Part shown: one piece after another, positions 14,440-27,824 of the stretch
Numbering within the stretch: the first letter of the stretch is position 1
Layout of the letters: each line of letters starts with the position of its first letter
Source: the human T2T-CHM13v2.0 reference genome, Homo sapiens
Assembly: GCF_009914755.1 (NCBI RefSeq)
Contig: NC_060930.1
DNA length: 64,000 bases
Direction: 5' to 3' (one strand)
Program-made: the position numbers and the translations under genes
Notes under the pieces: model-generated
Told to the model about the DNA's origin: nothing
Seen by the model: only the letters and a program-made list of their open reading frames with translations
Database searches by the model: none

Positions 14440-15030
14440 TTCATCTCATAACCTCTCTTCCATAGTTCTACTTTTTTCCCCTCTCAGTTATCTATTTTAA
14501 CTTACTTTCAGTTCATTAATTCTCTCTTCAGTTTTGTCTAACCAGTTATTTAATTATCCATAGAGTTTTAAATTTGGGTTATCGTCATTTTTTATTTCTA
14601 GAGTTTCCATTTAATTACTTTTGATCTGGTAAATTACTTTCTAGGTTTTTCTTTTATGCATATTTTTGTAATCTGTTGTATTTCTTTTAATGTATTAAGC
14701 ATAGTTATTTTGTAATCTGTGGCTGACATGTCTTATATTTGAAACTTTTGGGGTTTGTTTCTGCTCTCTTTTATTTCTTCCAATTCTCACTCATTGTACT
14801 TTATCTCTTAGTGTGCTAGGTTATGTCATGTTAATTGTCCTTAACAAACTATTGGTGAGAATTCTTTGAGGCCAAGGATAAAAGTGCATTCCTCCAAAAA
14901 CAATTCGTATTTGCCTCTGCTTATTACTTGTTGATATTGCATTAACCTAGGATCCCTTAAGCTAAATAGAGTCTAGAGGTTCCCTGCATCACTCAAGTGT
15001 TGTGAACCCAAGCTGCAAATCCTAGCTGGA
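14440..15030 (-). mobile_element. Ancient L1M/HAL1-type fragment
   Basis: T-rich antisense motifs CAGTTCATTAATTCTCTCTTCAG, TTTATTTCTAGAGTTTCCATTT. Confidence 0.55.
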
Positions 15031-15381
15031 TCGTTGTCACATTTTTCCACATATAGTTCAGAATTTATAGAAATATTCAAATGGGAAAGTTGATCTGAAA
15101 AAAATCTTATTGCTGGAAATTGGAAATTTAAATCCATATCTCCTCATATGTATAGTTCTTGAGTAATACATCTCACATCTCACAGCATGCCTGTAGAGAG
15201 TGCTGCCCTAAAAAGCTTTGTGTATATATCTTTTATAATCCTTATATTTTCTGCTTTATTTTGTAGCAATTTGATATTTCTTTTTAGACTAAAGTATTTG
15301 AGGACTAGAAGTGTGTCACATTCATTTTTGTAAATTATACTTTGTTTACTGAAGAGATTTGCAACTAGTTATCAGTAATGT

Positions 15382-15590
15382 GTTCATTCATTTGACAAAT
15401 GTTTCTTGAGAACCTATTATTTGTTCTGCTGTTTAAGGTGTCTGGCACATATATCAGTGAATAAACAAAAATAACTTTTTTATGAGACTTAGATGTGGGA
15501 GGGGCTGGGGGATGAGAAGGATATAAACATGATAGATATATAAATTATGTAATGTGTTAAAGGGTAAGAATTTCATGGGTGGATAGATCA
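15382..15590 (-). mobile_element. L2 3' fragment
   Basis: TTCATTCATTTGACAAATGTTTCTTGAGAACCTA...CAGTGAATAAAC. Confidence 0.6.
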
Positions 15591-15716
15591 AGATGAGAAT
15601 AAGTAATGCCATTTAATTCAATTGACTTTTTCATATTCCTTTGACTGACTTACTCCAAGATTCCACCATTCATTTTTACAATTAATGTTTACTTAGCAAG
15701 CATCGAAAATGTGTAA

Positions 15717-16069
<353 letters not shown>

Positions 16070-18699
16070 TTAATTAACTGTTACTTTTGGTCATTGAGTT
16101 CTCTGTCCATTTCAGCTAGCTTTCCTCTAGTGTTTGATCTTTCATCTTTTGTCTGCTGTCTGCTTTTCCCTCTGGCCCCACTGTGATTGTTATCCCAACT
16201 ATCCAGTTAAATTATATAATGCTTGAGAAGAGGTAGATATAAACTATGACATGAAAACTAAATATTTTCTGAAATTAAGATAGCTAAGAATTCTGGCCAA
16301 AGAGATCTTTATTTATTACAAAAGAAAGAAAAACCAAGGAGCCATGTGTGTTAAAACAAAACAAAGCAAACTACCAAATGTGTAGAATCTACTCTCTGAT
16401 ATTAATTTTCTAGCATGGTAATAAAATTCAGAAATGAAAACTGGCTTTGTTCATAGGTATTTCTAAATCCAAAACATTGCCAGTGATATCTAGATTACTA
16501 TTTCCTATAGTCTATTATTTAGCATATGAATAATGATCTGGAAAGACAACAATTTTAAAATAAATAATATTTTTCAAAATTCCTCTCTATAGTTTACTGA
16601 AAATCTTATAGGAGATAGGGGCTTTCAGTTTGTCAGTAAACATTTTCTATCTATTTGAGGTTATGAAATTGAAAATTTGCATCAAATTTTTAATTAGTAA
16701 TATGAAATAAAGTATGATAATAAAAATAATTGCAATATATCTCATCACTCTAAGCTCCAGATTACTGAAAACATCAAAATGGGCATAATATTGCCTATGG
16801 CATGGAGGTGAATGATAAGAATCAACAAAAAAGTTCTCTAACAATGCTTGGTCCAGTGACTAAAGTATGGGAGGTGCTCAATAAAGGTTTGGGGTATGCA
16901 TGAGTTGTTTGGAAGTTGTTTGGTATGCATGAGTGGCTTGTGAAAGAATCTACCAAGGAAGGATAGTTATTCCTATTCTCTTGTTTGAACAATGGGTCTT
17001 AGGTATCTTGAAAAGTTATTTTTTAAAGGTATCGTATACTTTGGGAAGAATTTCCAGAGTGTAAAGGAAAAAAAATACCCTCGGTGAAAATATTGCGAAA
17101 GATGCCAACCAGAAGATTCCTACGTGTCATAGGAAGCTCTCATCAGTGTCTCTACTGTGTGAAATGTACACTTTGCCTCATCCATTTCTCCTTATTCTCA
17201 GAAAGTCATTGAAGTCGGTTTTGAAAGTATTTACTTAAACAAAGTGCTCTAAAAATCAATAATAGCAAAACTTGGAATTCATCCCATATTTCTCACCAAT
17301 TTAGACTGTTCTCAGGGACTCTGGGATGATTTCAGGAGACCTTTACACAAGAATTTTAAAGTAAAATTATGTTATTAATATATTAATGGGTATAGTATTA
17401 ATAAGAGCAACACAGAGCTGGCTGGTAAGGATAGGCCCCTGGGTAACCTCTCTTAATTTTCTAATGTCTGTGGTTCTATTTTGAAAAGACTTTATATTGC
17501 TGAGAATTTATATTAGGTAATTTTAGCACTGTATTTTTCCAGTCATTTGAATGACTCAGACTAATTTTTTTTTTCTATTTTAGCTTTTATAAACAAAAGA
17601 CTGGACATTTTCCTTAATATTTAATTTGATATTTCCTTTTCTTATTTTAAACCCCCAATTCAGAATTGCTCACTTGTACTATAGTTAATAACCATTTTGC
17701 AGGTTTGGTGTTCCTCAGTAATTAAAGGTACCTAACATTGACTGTTTTAGACATTATTAACAAGCAATCTATTATGAATTTTCAAATATCTCCTAAAATT
17801 CTTACTAATATATTTATCTAATTATTTAAAATATAGATTTGAATGAACATCGGTAAAGATAAGATAAATTTAAAGAAAATTATTTTAAGGTTTGGTAATA
17901 AATATACAGGTTATTAATCCAACTTTGGAGACCATTGAGGAAAAGTAATAGAATAAAAATGCATGTATCAATAATGATTTTGATTAAAAAAAGAAACCTT
18001 CTGTTTAATGATTTTCATTTGATATAATGGACATAAGTAATTATACTTGAGGGTTGTAAATCAATCAATAATATTTTAAAATTTATATTTGGAGTCAAAT
18101 TGAGATTTTATTGCAGACAATATATTTTGCAAAGAATGAAAACTAAAGATGGCATTTAAAAATATACATAAACATGGTCTATAAAAAAGTAATTTGGAAA
18201 TTTACATTTTAGAAGATATTAGTATCTTCAATATAATAATAAAGCACAATATTTCCACTATATAGTATATAGAAAGCTGTCTGCCCACTCTCTCTACTTT
18301 GTACAAGTGGTTGTTTTTCAGTATGAACTGGTGTTGTTCAGATGTTTTTTGATACTCTTAGTAGAACTGGGCATTGGCAAGAATTAGGCAAATTTCACTG
18401 CCCTGAATTTTCACTAGTGTAGTAAGCTAGCAGTAGTCCGAAATGTGATGTACTTTGTGGGCTAACTCAAAGTAGATGGCACTATTTCCTGCCACTAATA
18501 CTTTACTTTGTCATTATAATCTTTAGCAGTGAGATTATGTTTACTAGGTTTTATGATACTGTGTTTGAGAATACAGCCAAAGGTTTGAAAGTTAGTGCCA
18601 AATTTTTTTTGGTTTGGTTGGGTCTTTTGGAGAACAGGAAGAGGGAAATAGGAGTGGCAATGAAGAAAGATTTCTAAAAAGTGCATTTTTGTTTGTTTG

Positions 18700-18960
18700 T
18701 CAGAAATTTTTATTTATTTAAAGAAATAACATTGGTTATTGATTAGACATATATCATTATGGTTTAGGGTATGAGATATAGAGTCCAATGTGGTATTATT
18801 AGTTTAATGTGTATCTTCTTGTGGCAATAGTGAACAGTTTCAAAAGATGAATACATATTTTAAAGGGGGAGAATGACATAGCATTTTTAACCTTTTCACG
18901 CCAGGAATTGCTGTGTGTGGATATCTGTGTGCTGAGTCAAAGAGGCTTAGGCTTTTTTGT
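18700..18960. mobile_element. Possible old ERV1-type LTR fragment
   Basis: TTGGTTATTGATT...GTGGCAATAG...CAGTTTCAAAAGATGAATACAT...AAAGGGGGAG resembles MER34/LTR37-like LTRs from memory; family uncertain. Confidence 0.3.
18930..18939 (-). promoter_or_regulatory. ARE/MARE-type motif TGACTCAGCA
   Basis: TGCTGAGTCA on + strand; motif match only, no functional evidence. Confidence 0.2.
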
Positions 18961-19356
18961 TAGAAACGTAATTGTAATAAAGTACCATGTAGTCTCAGAA
19001 TTCTGTCCAACAAGGTACTACTTGCTTAAGTCTATAACCTGTCAGCTTCTTTTCCAGAATTATACACACATATAGATCCTTTACACGTTCTAACTTGAGC
19101 CTACACTAAAATTGGAATTCAGAGAAACACCCAAGACTGCTCTGGTATCTGGTACCTACAAAAGGAATTGCATTTATTTTCTTTCATTGTTGTGAACTTC
19201 AAATCTCAGGACCCGGTAGTTGAGATTTAAAAGATAAAAAGTTTAACATTACTGTTCTAAATTCATTACCATTCACCTCTCTTAATCTAGAAACACATGG
19301 AAAATAGAAGAATATCTGATAATTCAAACAGCTTTGACATACTGAACTGATGTTAG

Positions 19357-19681
19357 TGCTATGGTCTGAATGTTTGTGTCACCCCAAAATTCATATGTTG
19401 AAACTTAATCCCCAATGCAGTGTTATGAGGGAGGGGGACATCTAAGAGGTGATGAGCTCATGGTATTTTTGCTCTCATATAAAAGACCCCAAAGAGCTTG
19501 CTTATCACTTCTGACATATCAAGAAACATAGAAGGCACTATCTATGAGGAATAAGCACTCACCAAACACTGAATCTGCTAGTCCCTTGATCTTGGACTTC
19601 CCACCATCCAATAAATTTCTGTTGTTTATAAATTACCCAATGTAAGATACTTTGTTATAGCAGCCCAAATGAACCATGAGA
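19357..19681 (+). mobile_element. MaLR solo LTR (MLT1A/MSTD-like)
   Basis: TGCTATGGTCTGAATG...AAAATTCATATGTTGAAAC...CTTGATCTTGGACTTCCC...AATAAATTTCTGTTGTTTATAA...TTGTTATAGCAGCCCAAATG. Confidence 0.88.
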
Positions 19682-20316
19682 GTTGAAAAGTCAAAAAAGA
19701 ATTATTTATGAAAAAAGAATAGGTAGAAAGAATTGGAAAATATCTTAGACAACTGGCATGTATTGCAGCTAAAAGAAATACAATACCTTTGTTTAGAAAG
19801 GCTTGACTACCCATGAGTCTACGTCACAGGTGAGCAACCATCCTTTTAGTAATTACTGTAATTAAAAGATATTTCATGCCTTAGCTTAATGTATTTCCCG
19901 TGTTAATAGATCTTTTCAGCCTGACCTGAGTACAGATCACAAGCCACTAATATGTATGGTCTGCTTCAAAAACTAAGGACAAGAAAATCTATTTTCTATA
20001 GTTTCAGGCATGCAAAACTGAACAGACTGTCTTAAATGGAATTGGTTTTCTCAGGGAGGTCTCTCCCTTTTATGGATTTCTTTGGATCCTTCCTATATGA
20101 CCCATTTCACTTTTTCCAACACCTGTATAGTTCTCAGAGCAGAGTAGCTATGTAATAAATATTTACTGAATTGAAATGGAATGAAGTTTTTAATTTTATG
20201 ATAAATTTAAATAGGTTTTCTCCTTGTCTTTATTGACACATATGTTATACAAAAAGTGTCAAGTTTTATGTATCAATATACATTAAAAAAAACACAATTT
20301 CTGAGTTGATAGGTAA

Positions 20317-20668
<352 letters not shown>

Positions 20669-21754
20669 AATCTTATGTGTTTCTGAAAGTTAAAATGTTC
20701 TTGCTCTTTTTCTTTTCTTTCAAGAGAGAAAAAAGTTTATTTTGCCACAGAAAATACAAAGTGATTCCGTGTTCATGGGAGGAATTCATAATTCAGGCTC
20801 TTATTTTCACACTGCCTTTCAACAACACCTACGCCACCTAGAATAATAATGTGCTAAGCTGCAGTGCCTGCAAAGTATTTCAATAAAAGAAGGAAATTAT
20901 TTTCATAATTACTACTAAGTTCTTAATTTGTTCTGCTAAATGGTAAATCAGCCATAGTTAGTGAAAGAAGCAATTCTTGTGTGTTGATATTACAGGTTTA
21001 GAAAAGGAGGTTTGCAGTTGTCTTGAAATACTGAAGAATGATAATTTAATTTAAGAAGACAAAGGGTTAATTAGTGGAAGTTCTTTGAATCTCCACAGAG
21101 GAAGTACTGCATTGCTTTCTGATATTTAAAATGCTCAGTAAAGTCATTTACAGGTTTCTACTATTATTGGAAGTAGACAGCAGTATTTTCTAATGAATTG
21201 TATTGCGATGTGTCTGCAGGACAGAAATCAGTTCAAACTATAATTAAACTTGTTAAACTTGTCAAAAATATTAACATGAGATATATATTGAGACCTACTT
21301 TGAACACAGGCATAATTATTGACTTTATAAAGAAAGAGTACTATTTCAGATGTTTTCATGATGAATGTCAATTAGGTGCTCATAAATTGTATATTAAAGG
21401 GAAAATTTTTGAATGAGTGAATATTTATATAATTTTTTTCTGAGCTAATCTTTCCCTTGCAGGATACCTAGAAATACATGGACACTTCTTAGCCTCTATT
21501 GTTAGGGTTAAGTAAATTATTGATTCACTAATATATCTCATTATCCAGCATCACTGGAAAATAAAAAAATAAAAACTTATTGCTGATAAAGGAATTTCCA
21601 GTTAAGTGAGCTTATCTCTTTTATAACCACTTTACAATTCTACTTATTTAATTTATCTTTGTAGGATGTACTTCACCTCCTGTACTGTGAGCATGGTCCA
21701 GGCTGAGATAATGCTGCTGCCCTAGAGCTCTGGTTCTTTCTCTACCAAGTAGGA

Positions 21755-21928
21755 GCATCTCTCAATCTTGACACTGCAGGGTGTTAAGCAGCATACCTGG
21801 CTTCCACCCACTGGATGCCAGTAACTCTCCTGACCCTCTTAGTTGTGATGGCCAAACATGTCTCCAGATATTACCAAATGTTCGTGAGGGTGGGGAGAGG
21901 CAAAATCACCCCAGGTTGAGAACCATTG
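21755..21928 (-). mobile_element. MER20 (internally deleted)
   Basis: AGCAGCATACCTGGC...GATGCCAGTA...ATGTCTCCAGA...GGCAAAATCACCCC...GTTGAGAACCATTG. Confidence 0.85.
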
Positions 21929-22978
21929 ATATAGGGGAACTTGTTGAAAATTCAAATTTTTGCCCCCAACTTAGAATAACAACCTCTTGGAGCTATGTAA
22001 GTACTGTGTGCATTTTTGTTTTTCTATTTTATTTTGTTTTTTAGCAAGGTAAACTTTCCAAGTGGTTATAACACATTAAATTTGAGAATCATTATTCAAG
22101 TAGCCTTCTCTGCTTTTCATTTTCTAAACTTCTATTACCTAGGTGCAAATCAAATAGCTAAACTGAGTGTGTAACCTTAATATTACATGTATTTCAGTTA
22201 TGTGGGTTATTCAATACCTCATCTCCAAGAAAGTGCCTGGACTATGAGGTCATCGCCTTCTTTAGTATCTCTGGGACCTTGTCTGTTGTTGAGCCTGTTT
22301 GGAAACTTGGCTGCAGTAAATTTGACTGTAATAATGTCCTGTGCATACCAAAATGATGAGTGATGTCATTGGACAGGCTATCCTTTGGCTGAAAGTGCAC
22401 TATGGCCTTGCTTTCCAGTATATGTAATGAATTTTCCCAGACTAATCAAATAAATAACAACCATAGTGGATGAGGACATAGCCATTTACTCATTCACTTT
22501 TTCACACACTCATTTATTCATTTATTATTTGATTCTTTCATGCATATATTTATTCAAGAACCATTCATTGGGTACCCAAAATGTTGGTACTGGGGACACA
22601 AATAGTGAACAAGGTATAGGACTTGTAATCTGTAGGGGAAATGTTAGATATGCGGCCACAAAGTCAAATAAAGATCATGGTTTTCATTAGCAAAGGGCTA
22701 TACCTGAGCTAATTAGCTATGAAAGGTTAATTAACAACTTACCTATTCAGCAAAAGAAATAATATCTTGATCGTTTGGATTGTTTGGATTGATTGCAACC
22801 ATCATGCAATGCCTAATGGTTGCCCCAATCACAGTTAATGCTATAGGGGAAATTAGCTTTACAGTGCTATAAACATATTGCCCATATTCTCACTATTAGA
22901 AAGAAGAAACTTTCCTGAAATTTGATTAAATTAATGGTTTAATTTCAGGCATAAAAGTATATTTAAAAATGCCTTCCA

Positions 22979-23808
22979 AAATGAACAGACACTTCTAAAA
23001 AGACATACATGCAGCCAATAATCATATGAAAAAAGGTTCAACACCATTGATCTTTAGAGAAATGTAAATCAAAACCACGTGAGACACCATCTAACATCAG
23101 TCAGAATGGCTATTACTAAAAAGTCAAGAAATAACAGATCCTAGTGAGGTTGTGGACAAAAAGGAATGCTTATACACTGTTGATGGGAGTGTAAATTCGT
23201 TCAGCCATTGTGGAAGACAGTGTGGCAATTCCTCAAAGACCTAAACACAGAAATACCATTTGACTCAGCAATTCTATTACTGGATATATACCCAAGGTAA
23301 TATAAATCATTTTATTATAAAAACACATGCATGAGTTTGTTCATTACAGCACTTTTCACAATAGCAAAGACATGGAATCAGCCAAAGTGCCCATCAGTGA
23401 TAGACTGGATAAAGAAAATGTGGTACATATACACCATGGAATACTATGCAGCCATAAAAAAGAATGAGATCATGTTCTTTGCAGGGACATGGATGGAGCT
23501 GGAGGCCATTATCCTGAGCAAACTAACACAGGAACAGAAAACCAAATACCACAGGTTCTCACTTCTAAGTGGGAGCTAAAGGATTAGAACACATGAATAC
23601 ATAGAAGGAAACAACACATACTGGGGTCTTTTGGAGGCTGGCGGGTGGGAGGAGGGAAAGGATTAAGAAAAACAACAGTAGGTACTAGGCATAATATCTG
23701 GGTGATGTATAGAATACAAGAAACCCCCATGATACAAATTTACCTAATTAACAGACCTGACTTTGTACTCCTGAACTTAAAATAAAAGTTAAAAAGTAAA
23801 TAAATAAA
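22979..23808 (+). mobile_element. 5'-truncated L1PA13-16-like (ORF2 C-terminus + 3'UTR)
   Basis: ORF 23331-23579 is the L1 ORF2 C-terminus; ends CTGAACTTAAAATAAAAGTTAAAAA; degenerate TSD AAAAATGCCTTCCA / AAAAATTAACCTTCCA. Confidence 0.93.
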
Positions 23809-24544
23809 AATTAACCTTCCATATAGTCTATTAATTTTAAATAAAAATCATGTTAAATGTTTGGAGTATTTTTGACATGATTAAAAAAATGTATAAAAAT
23901 AACTTTTAATTATAAAGTTGGAAAATAATGTTTGAATGAGCCATCTGTTTAAGTTCCTCCAAAGCCTGTTTCTCTATAAGCAGTCTGCAAATGTGGCCCC
24001 TCTTCCTGAGCCCTAGATTTCCATTTTTTAAGCTTCATCAGAGATTTCAACAGTTAAACCTTTTCTCTCCAGCTTCTTCAGTCTTGGCCTCCAGAGACTT
24101 CTTCACCTTTGTTAGCAAAGATTCTCCAGTATCTCTTAAAAACAAATAGCCTCCTTTTAACCTATTTAAATTTTGTCATGATCTTCACAGGCTTGAGTCA
24201 TCTGTCCTATTCTCTTTACCCTTCTTCAAGGTCAATGTCTTGCCTAAAGGAGTACCAGAAACATCTAGTGTTCAGATCATTTCCATTGTCTATTTTGGGG
24301 AAAGATAGAAACAGTAAACTGACCCCATATTCTTATTAAATTGTTGATTTGAAGTAACGTTCTAATTAACTTTTCATGAGTTTATGTCTTTCACCAAATA
24401 GACTGTAAATTTCTTAGAAATTGAGACTCAAGTTTTATTCATCTTCCAACCCCGTCCCCACCCTATTCCAAACCTGTACCTACCTCTGCACACAGAAAGT
24501 TATCCAAAAAGACTTTGGAGATTTGATTTTTTGATAATAATTGT

Positions 24545-24920
24545 AAGCAACATGTGTGAAAAAGATTTTGTGTGCAAGTTACTGGCTGGGCACTGAGGAC
24601 ATACATATTAATAAACACAGATCCTTCCCTTAAGAAGTTACAGTTAGTGATGAAAACAGGAACGTAAAGAGACGGTTACAGTTAATAAGCAAAAAAGTAC
24701 ATAGAAGGCAGAACCAATCAGACTAGGGGACCCAGGGAGGTCACTCACAAGAAATGATACCTGAATTGGTTTGTGAAGACATTGGACGATTAAATGTTAG
24801 GTGGGTGACTGGGGGAGGGAAGGGGGAGAACGTTTTCAAAAAAGAACAAGGAGTTTGTGTAATGGTACAGAAGGTGGTGTTAGAGCACTTACCTTGTTGA
24901 GAAAGGAGCCAATGTTTGAT
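24545..24920 (-). mobile_element. L2 fragment (left of minisatellite)
   Basis: GCTGGGCACTGAGGACATA...AAACACAGATCCTTCCCTTAAGAAG...GTGATG...CCTGAATTGGTTTG. Confidence 0.6.
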
Positions 24921-25816
24921 GGAGAGGGGTGGGCAGCCGAGATTCAGGGGTAGAGCAGTAGACAGCCTAGGTTCAGGAGGAGAGGGAGTAGGAAGCCGAC
25001 ATTCAGGGGTGGAAGGGTGAACAGCCTAGGTTCAGTGGAGGAGGGGTGGGCAGCCTAGTTTCAGTGGACTGAGGAGGATAGCCTTGGTTCAAGGAAGAGC
25101 GGGGTGGGCACCCTAAGTTCAGAGATAGAGGGGACTGGAAGCCTACGTTCAGGGGTACAAGGATGGGCAGCCTAGGTTCATGGAGAGAAGGGTGGGCAAA
25201 ACAGGCTAAGGGAGAGAGAGGTGGGCAGCCTGCGTCCAGGGAATTGAGGTAGCCAGCCTTGGTTCAGCGGGAGAGGGTTGGGCAGCCTAGGGAAAGGGAT
25301 GGGGTGGGCATTCTAGGTTCAGTGGTAGATGGGTGTGTTTTCTAGGTTCCAGAGGGGAGGTAGTGGGCATCTTAGATTCAGGAGAGTCATGTAGCCTGGG
25401 TTCAGGGGAAGAGAGGAATGTGCAGCCTCAGTTTAAGGAGGAGATAGACAGCCTAGGTTCAAGGGATAGGGTTTGGGCAAACTTTGTTCATAGATAGAGT
25501 GGTTGGGCAGCCTAGGTTCAGGGGGATATGGGGTTGGGCAGCTTAGGTTCAGGGGGAGAGGGGCAAGAGGCCAAGGTTCAGGGAAAGAGAGGGATAGATA
25601 GCATAGGTTCAGTGGGAGATGGGTGGGGAGCCCAGGATCTAGGGAGTGGGGTGGGCAGCCTGGGTTCGGGGGGATATAGGGTGGGAAACCTACGTTCAGG
25701 GGCTAGTAGGTGAGCAGCCTAGGTTCAGGGAAAGAGAGGGTGTGACAGCCTAAGTTCAGGGGGATAGGAGTGGGCAGCCCAAGTTCAGCAGTAGAGGAGT
25801 GAGCTGCCCCAAGATG
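24921..25816 (+). repeat. Degenerate G-rich minisatellite, ~31 x ~29 bp
   Basis: Consensus about GGGGTGGGCAGCCTAGGTTCAGGGGTAGA; core variants start at 24934, 24963, 24993, 25022, 25051 ... 25775, 25804. Confidence 0.92.
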
Positions 25817-26205
25817 CAAAACTCATGAGAACTAGAGATGTAAGAATCGTAAGACCTGTGTTTGCTTTGCTAGGGAGTTTGTACTTTTTCCTAACAGTTA
25901 TAGAAAGCTGTAAAAATTATTTAAATCAGAGAAAAGTACAAGGAATTATTGTTTTTAAAAATATAACCTTAAGGTAGTGATGGGGAAATTGAACTAGAGT
26001 GATTGACTGCAGGCTGGAAACTGTACTGATGCTCTTACAGGAATCCAGGAAGGCAGACAGTCAGCTGTTTGCACAGTGGAGGCAAGGTGAAGAGAGGTGG
26101 ACAGGTTAGAGAGGTGTCTACTATGACCGAAACCAACAGACTTTGGTGGACAACTGGACATGAGGCAGAGGGAAGGAGAAAAGTTGAGAATGAGTCTCAG
26201 GTAGG
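25817..26205 (-). mobile_element. L2 fragment (right of minisatellite)
   Basis: GGGAGTTTGTACTTTTTCCT...GAGAGGTGGACAGGTTAGAGA...GACTTTGGTG...GAGAATGAGTCTCAGGT. Confidence 0.65.
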
Positions 26206-26785
26206 TCTGATCAGAGGGTCTGTACAACACCTTCTCCATGCACACTCTTATTCTATTCTGGCAGGAAATTTAATTGATGCATTTTGATTAAACTTCCAAA
26301 TTGATGGCTCTCTTATGCTCTGACTTGTAATAATTGAAATGATTAAAGATGTAGTTTCTTCTTTCCAAAGCTTTTCACTTATCAGTTGCTCCTGTTTTAT
26401 TGAGAAAGGTGCTTGTAGTGATGTTATATTAAGCCAAACTACTTTCTGATTTGGTTCAAACAGACTAACACACAAATGCTAATTAATATTTAGCATTTAG
26501 ATATCTGTATCCAAATTAAATTGGCACCCAGAGGATGAAAGATTGAATTATTCAGCTGCTGTTGAAAGCTATATGTCATACCGTGTTTACAATTGTAGTT
26601 ATCAGAAGTCGGCTTTCATTATTCTACCAAATGTGTTTACTTTCTCATAGAGCATTCAAATCTTCATGGTTGGCTATCTATATAGAAGATAATATTAAAG
26701 GTTTTAAACTTGAACAATTTATATAAAATAAAAAAATTAAAATCTCTAGTCAGATAATGTCATTTAAGGGCCATTTTTGGATGCC

Positions 26786-26847
26786 TTCCCATATGCAAAG
26801 ATACTACCAATGTAGTATCTTTTGCATGTGTTCCCATATGCAAAGAT
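26786..26847. repeat. Short direct-inverted-direct triplication
   Basis: TTCCCATATGCAAAGAT at 26786 and 26831; inverted copy GTAGTATCTTTTGCATGTG at 26812-26830. Confidence 0.85.
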
Positions 26848-27382
26848 CAACCATTTCTGAAGCAGAATGCTTATTTAGATCATTATAAAATGAAACTGCA
26901 CACTTTTAAGATGGCTTAAAATAACACAAGTTACATCATAACTTTGACTTAAGCTACGTGAAGAGAACAAAAGATATGGACCTAATAGAAGGCATCAGTG
27001 TGACCTTTGTGCTTTAGGACTTTTTCAAGCACAGAACAATTTGAATCCCTCTTGAGTGTGTATTCCTTTGTTCCAATTATTCCAAGTCAGAATTAATAAA
27101 CCCCAAGTAATTGAATGGTCTTATCATTTTCTGTAGGTTGCTTTTTACATGTGTCTCCCACAATGTCTGCAGGTTATTCTAACATTTAAAAAGCTGGATT
27201 AAATGGTAGGAATATGTAGAAAAGCAGCAGATTTACTGAATTGTTTTTGAAATTTCTAATTGTTTTGAAGTAGCAGCCACAATGGGAAAACTTGATCATG
27301 GGAGGCCTTCAACAGAAGAGAGTTCTGAACCAGATTTTGTAAAGATAGAGTGCTCTGTGTCCACACAGATGGAGAGGAGCAT

Positions 27383-27408
27383 GGGGGGCAGGGGGCAGGG
27401 GGCAGGGG
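27383..27408 (+). other. Canonical G-quadruplex motif
   Basis: GGGGGG-CA-GGGGG-CA-GGGGG-CA-GGGG. Confidence 0.7.
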
Positions 27409-27781
27409 CATGGCTGGCAGTGGCTTATATGTGGAGGAAAGCATCATAAAGTTCTTTAAAGGCACACCCAACATATTTAGTTAGTGAAAATAATGAAAAT
27501 GAAGCTGGTAAGGCAGGGAAGACTGGTTAGCAAATGATATTAAAGTCCAGGCTAAAAAGCTGGGGTTTAGCAATGTAAGATTTTTCCGTTTATCACGTGT
27601 TCTAATAACTTTGTCTGTCTGGAAGAAAATGCAGTGCTTTGGGATATTTTTACATTGTATTTCATGAGTTCTGTCGATATAAAAGACATTAAGTGACAAA
27701 GTAATCACAAAGTGGTTTTCAGAAATAGGCAAACTGAGATGCGTACTGAAATGTATTGCTTCAATATCACATGATAATACA

Positions 27782-27824
27782 ACATACACACACGCACATG
27801 CACGCGTGCACACACACACACACA
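27782..27824. repeat. Alternating purine-pyrimidine tract (mixed CA/CG/TG)
   Basis: ACATACACACACGCACATGCACGCGTGCACACACACACACACA. Confidence 0.85.

Noticed and set aside
18468-18485. Partial CTCF-like motif AGTAGATGGCAC
   Set aside because: Lacks the 5' CC of the consensus
21444-21512. Possible exon (branch-like CTAAT, pyrimidine tract, CAG); similar acceptors near 27136 and 40803; AG/GT at 13628
   Set aside because: Weak donors, no coding signal; such motifs are expected by chance in T-rich DNA without transcript data
24921-25816. Repeat-spacer appearance suggesting a CRISPR array
   Set aside because: Primate DNA; cores are degenerate; linkers are ~16 nt and related to each other; no cas genes
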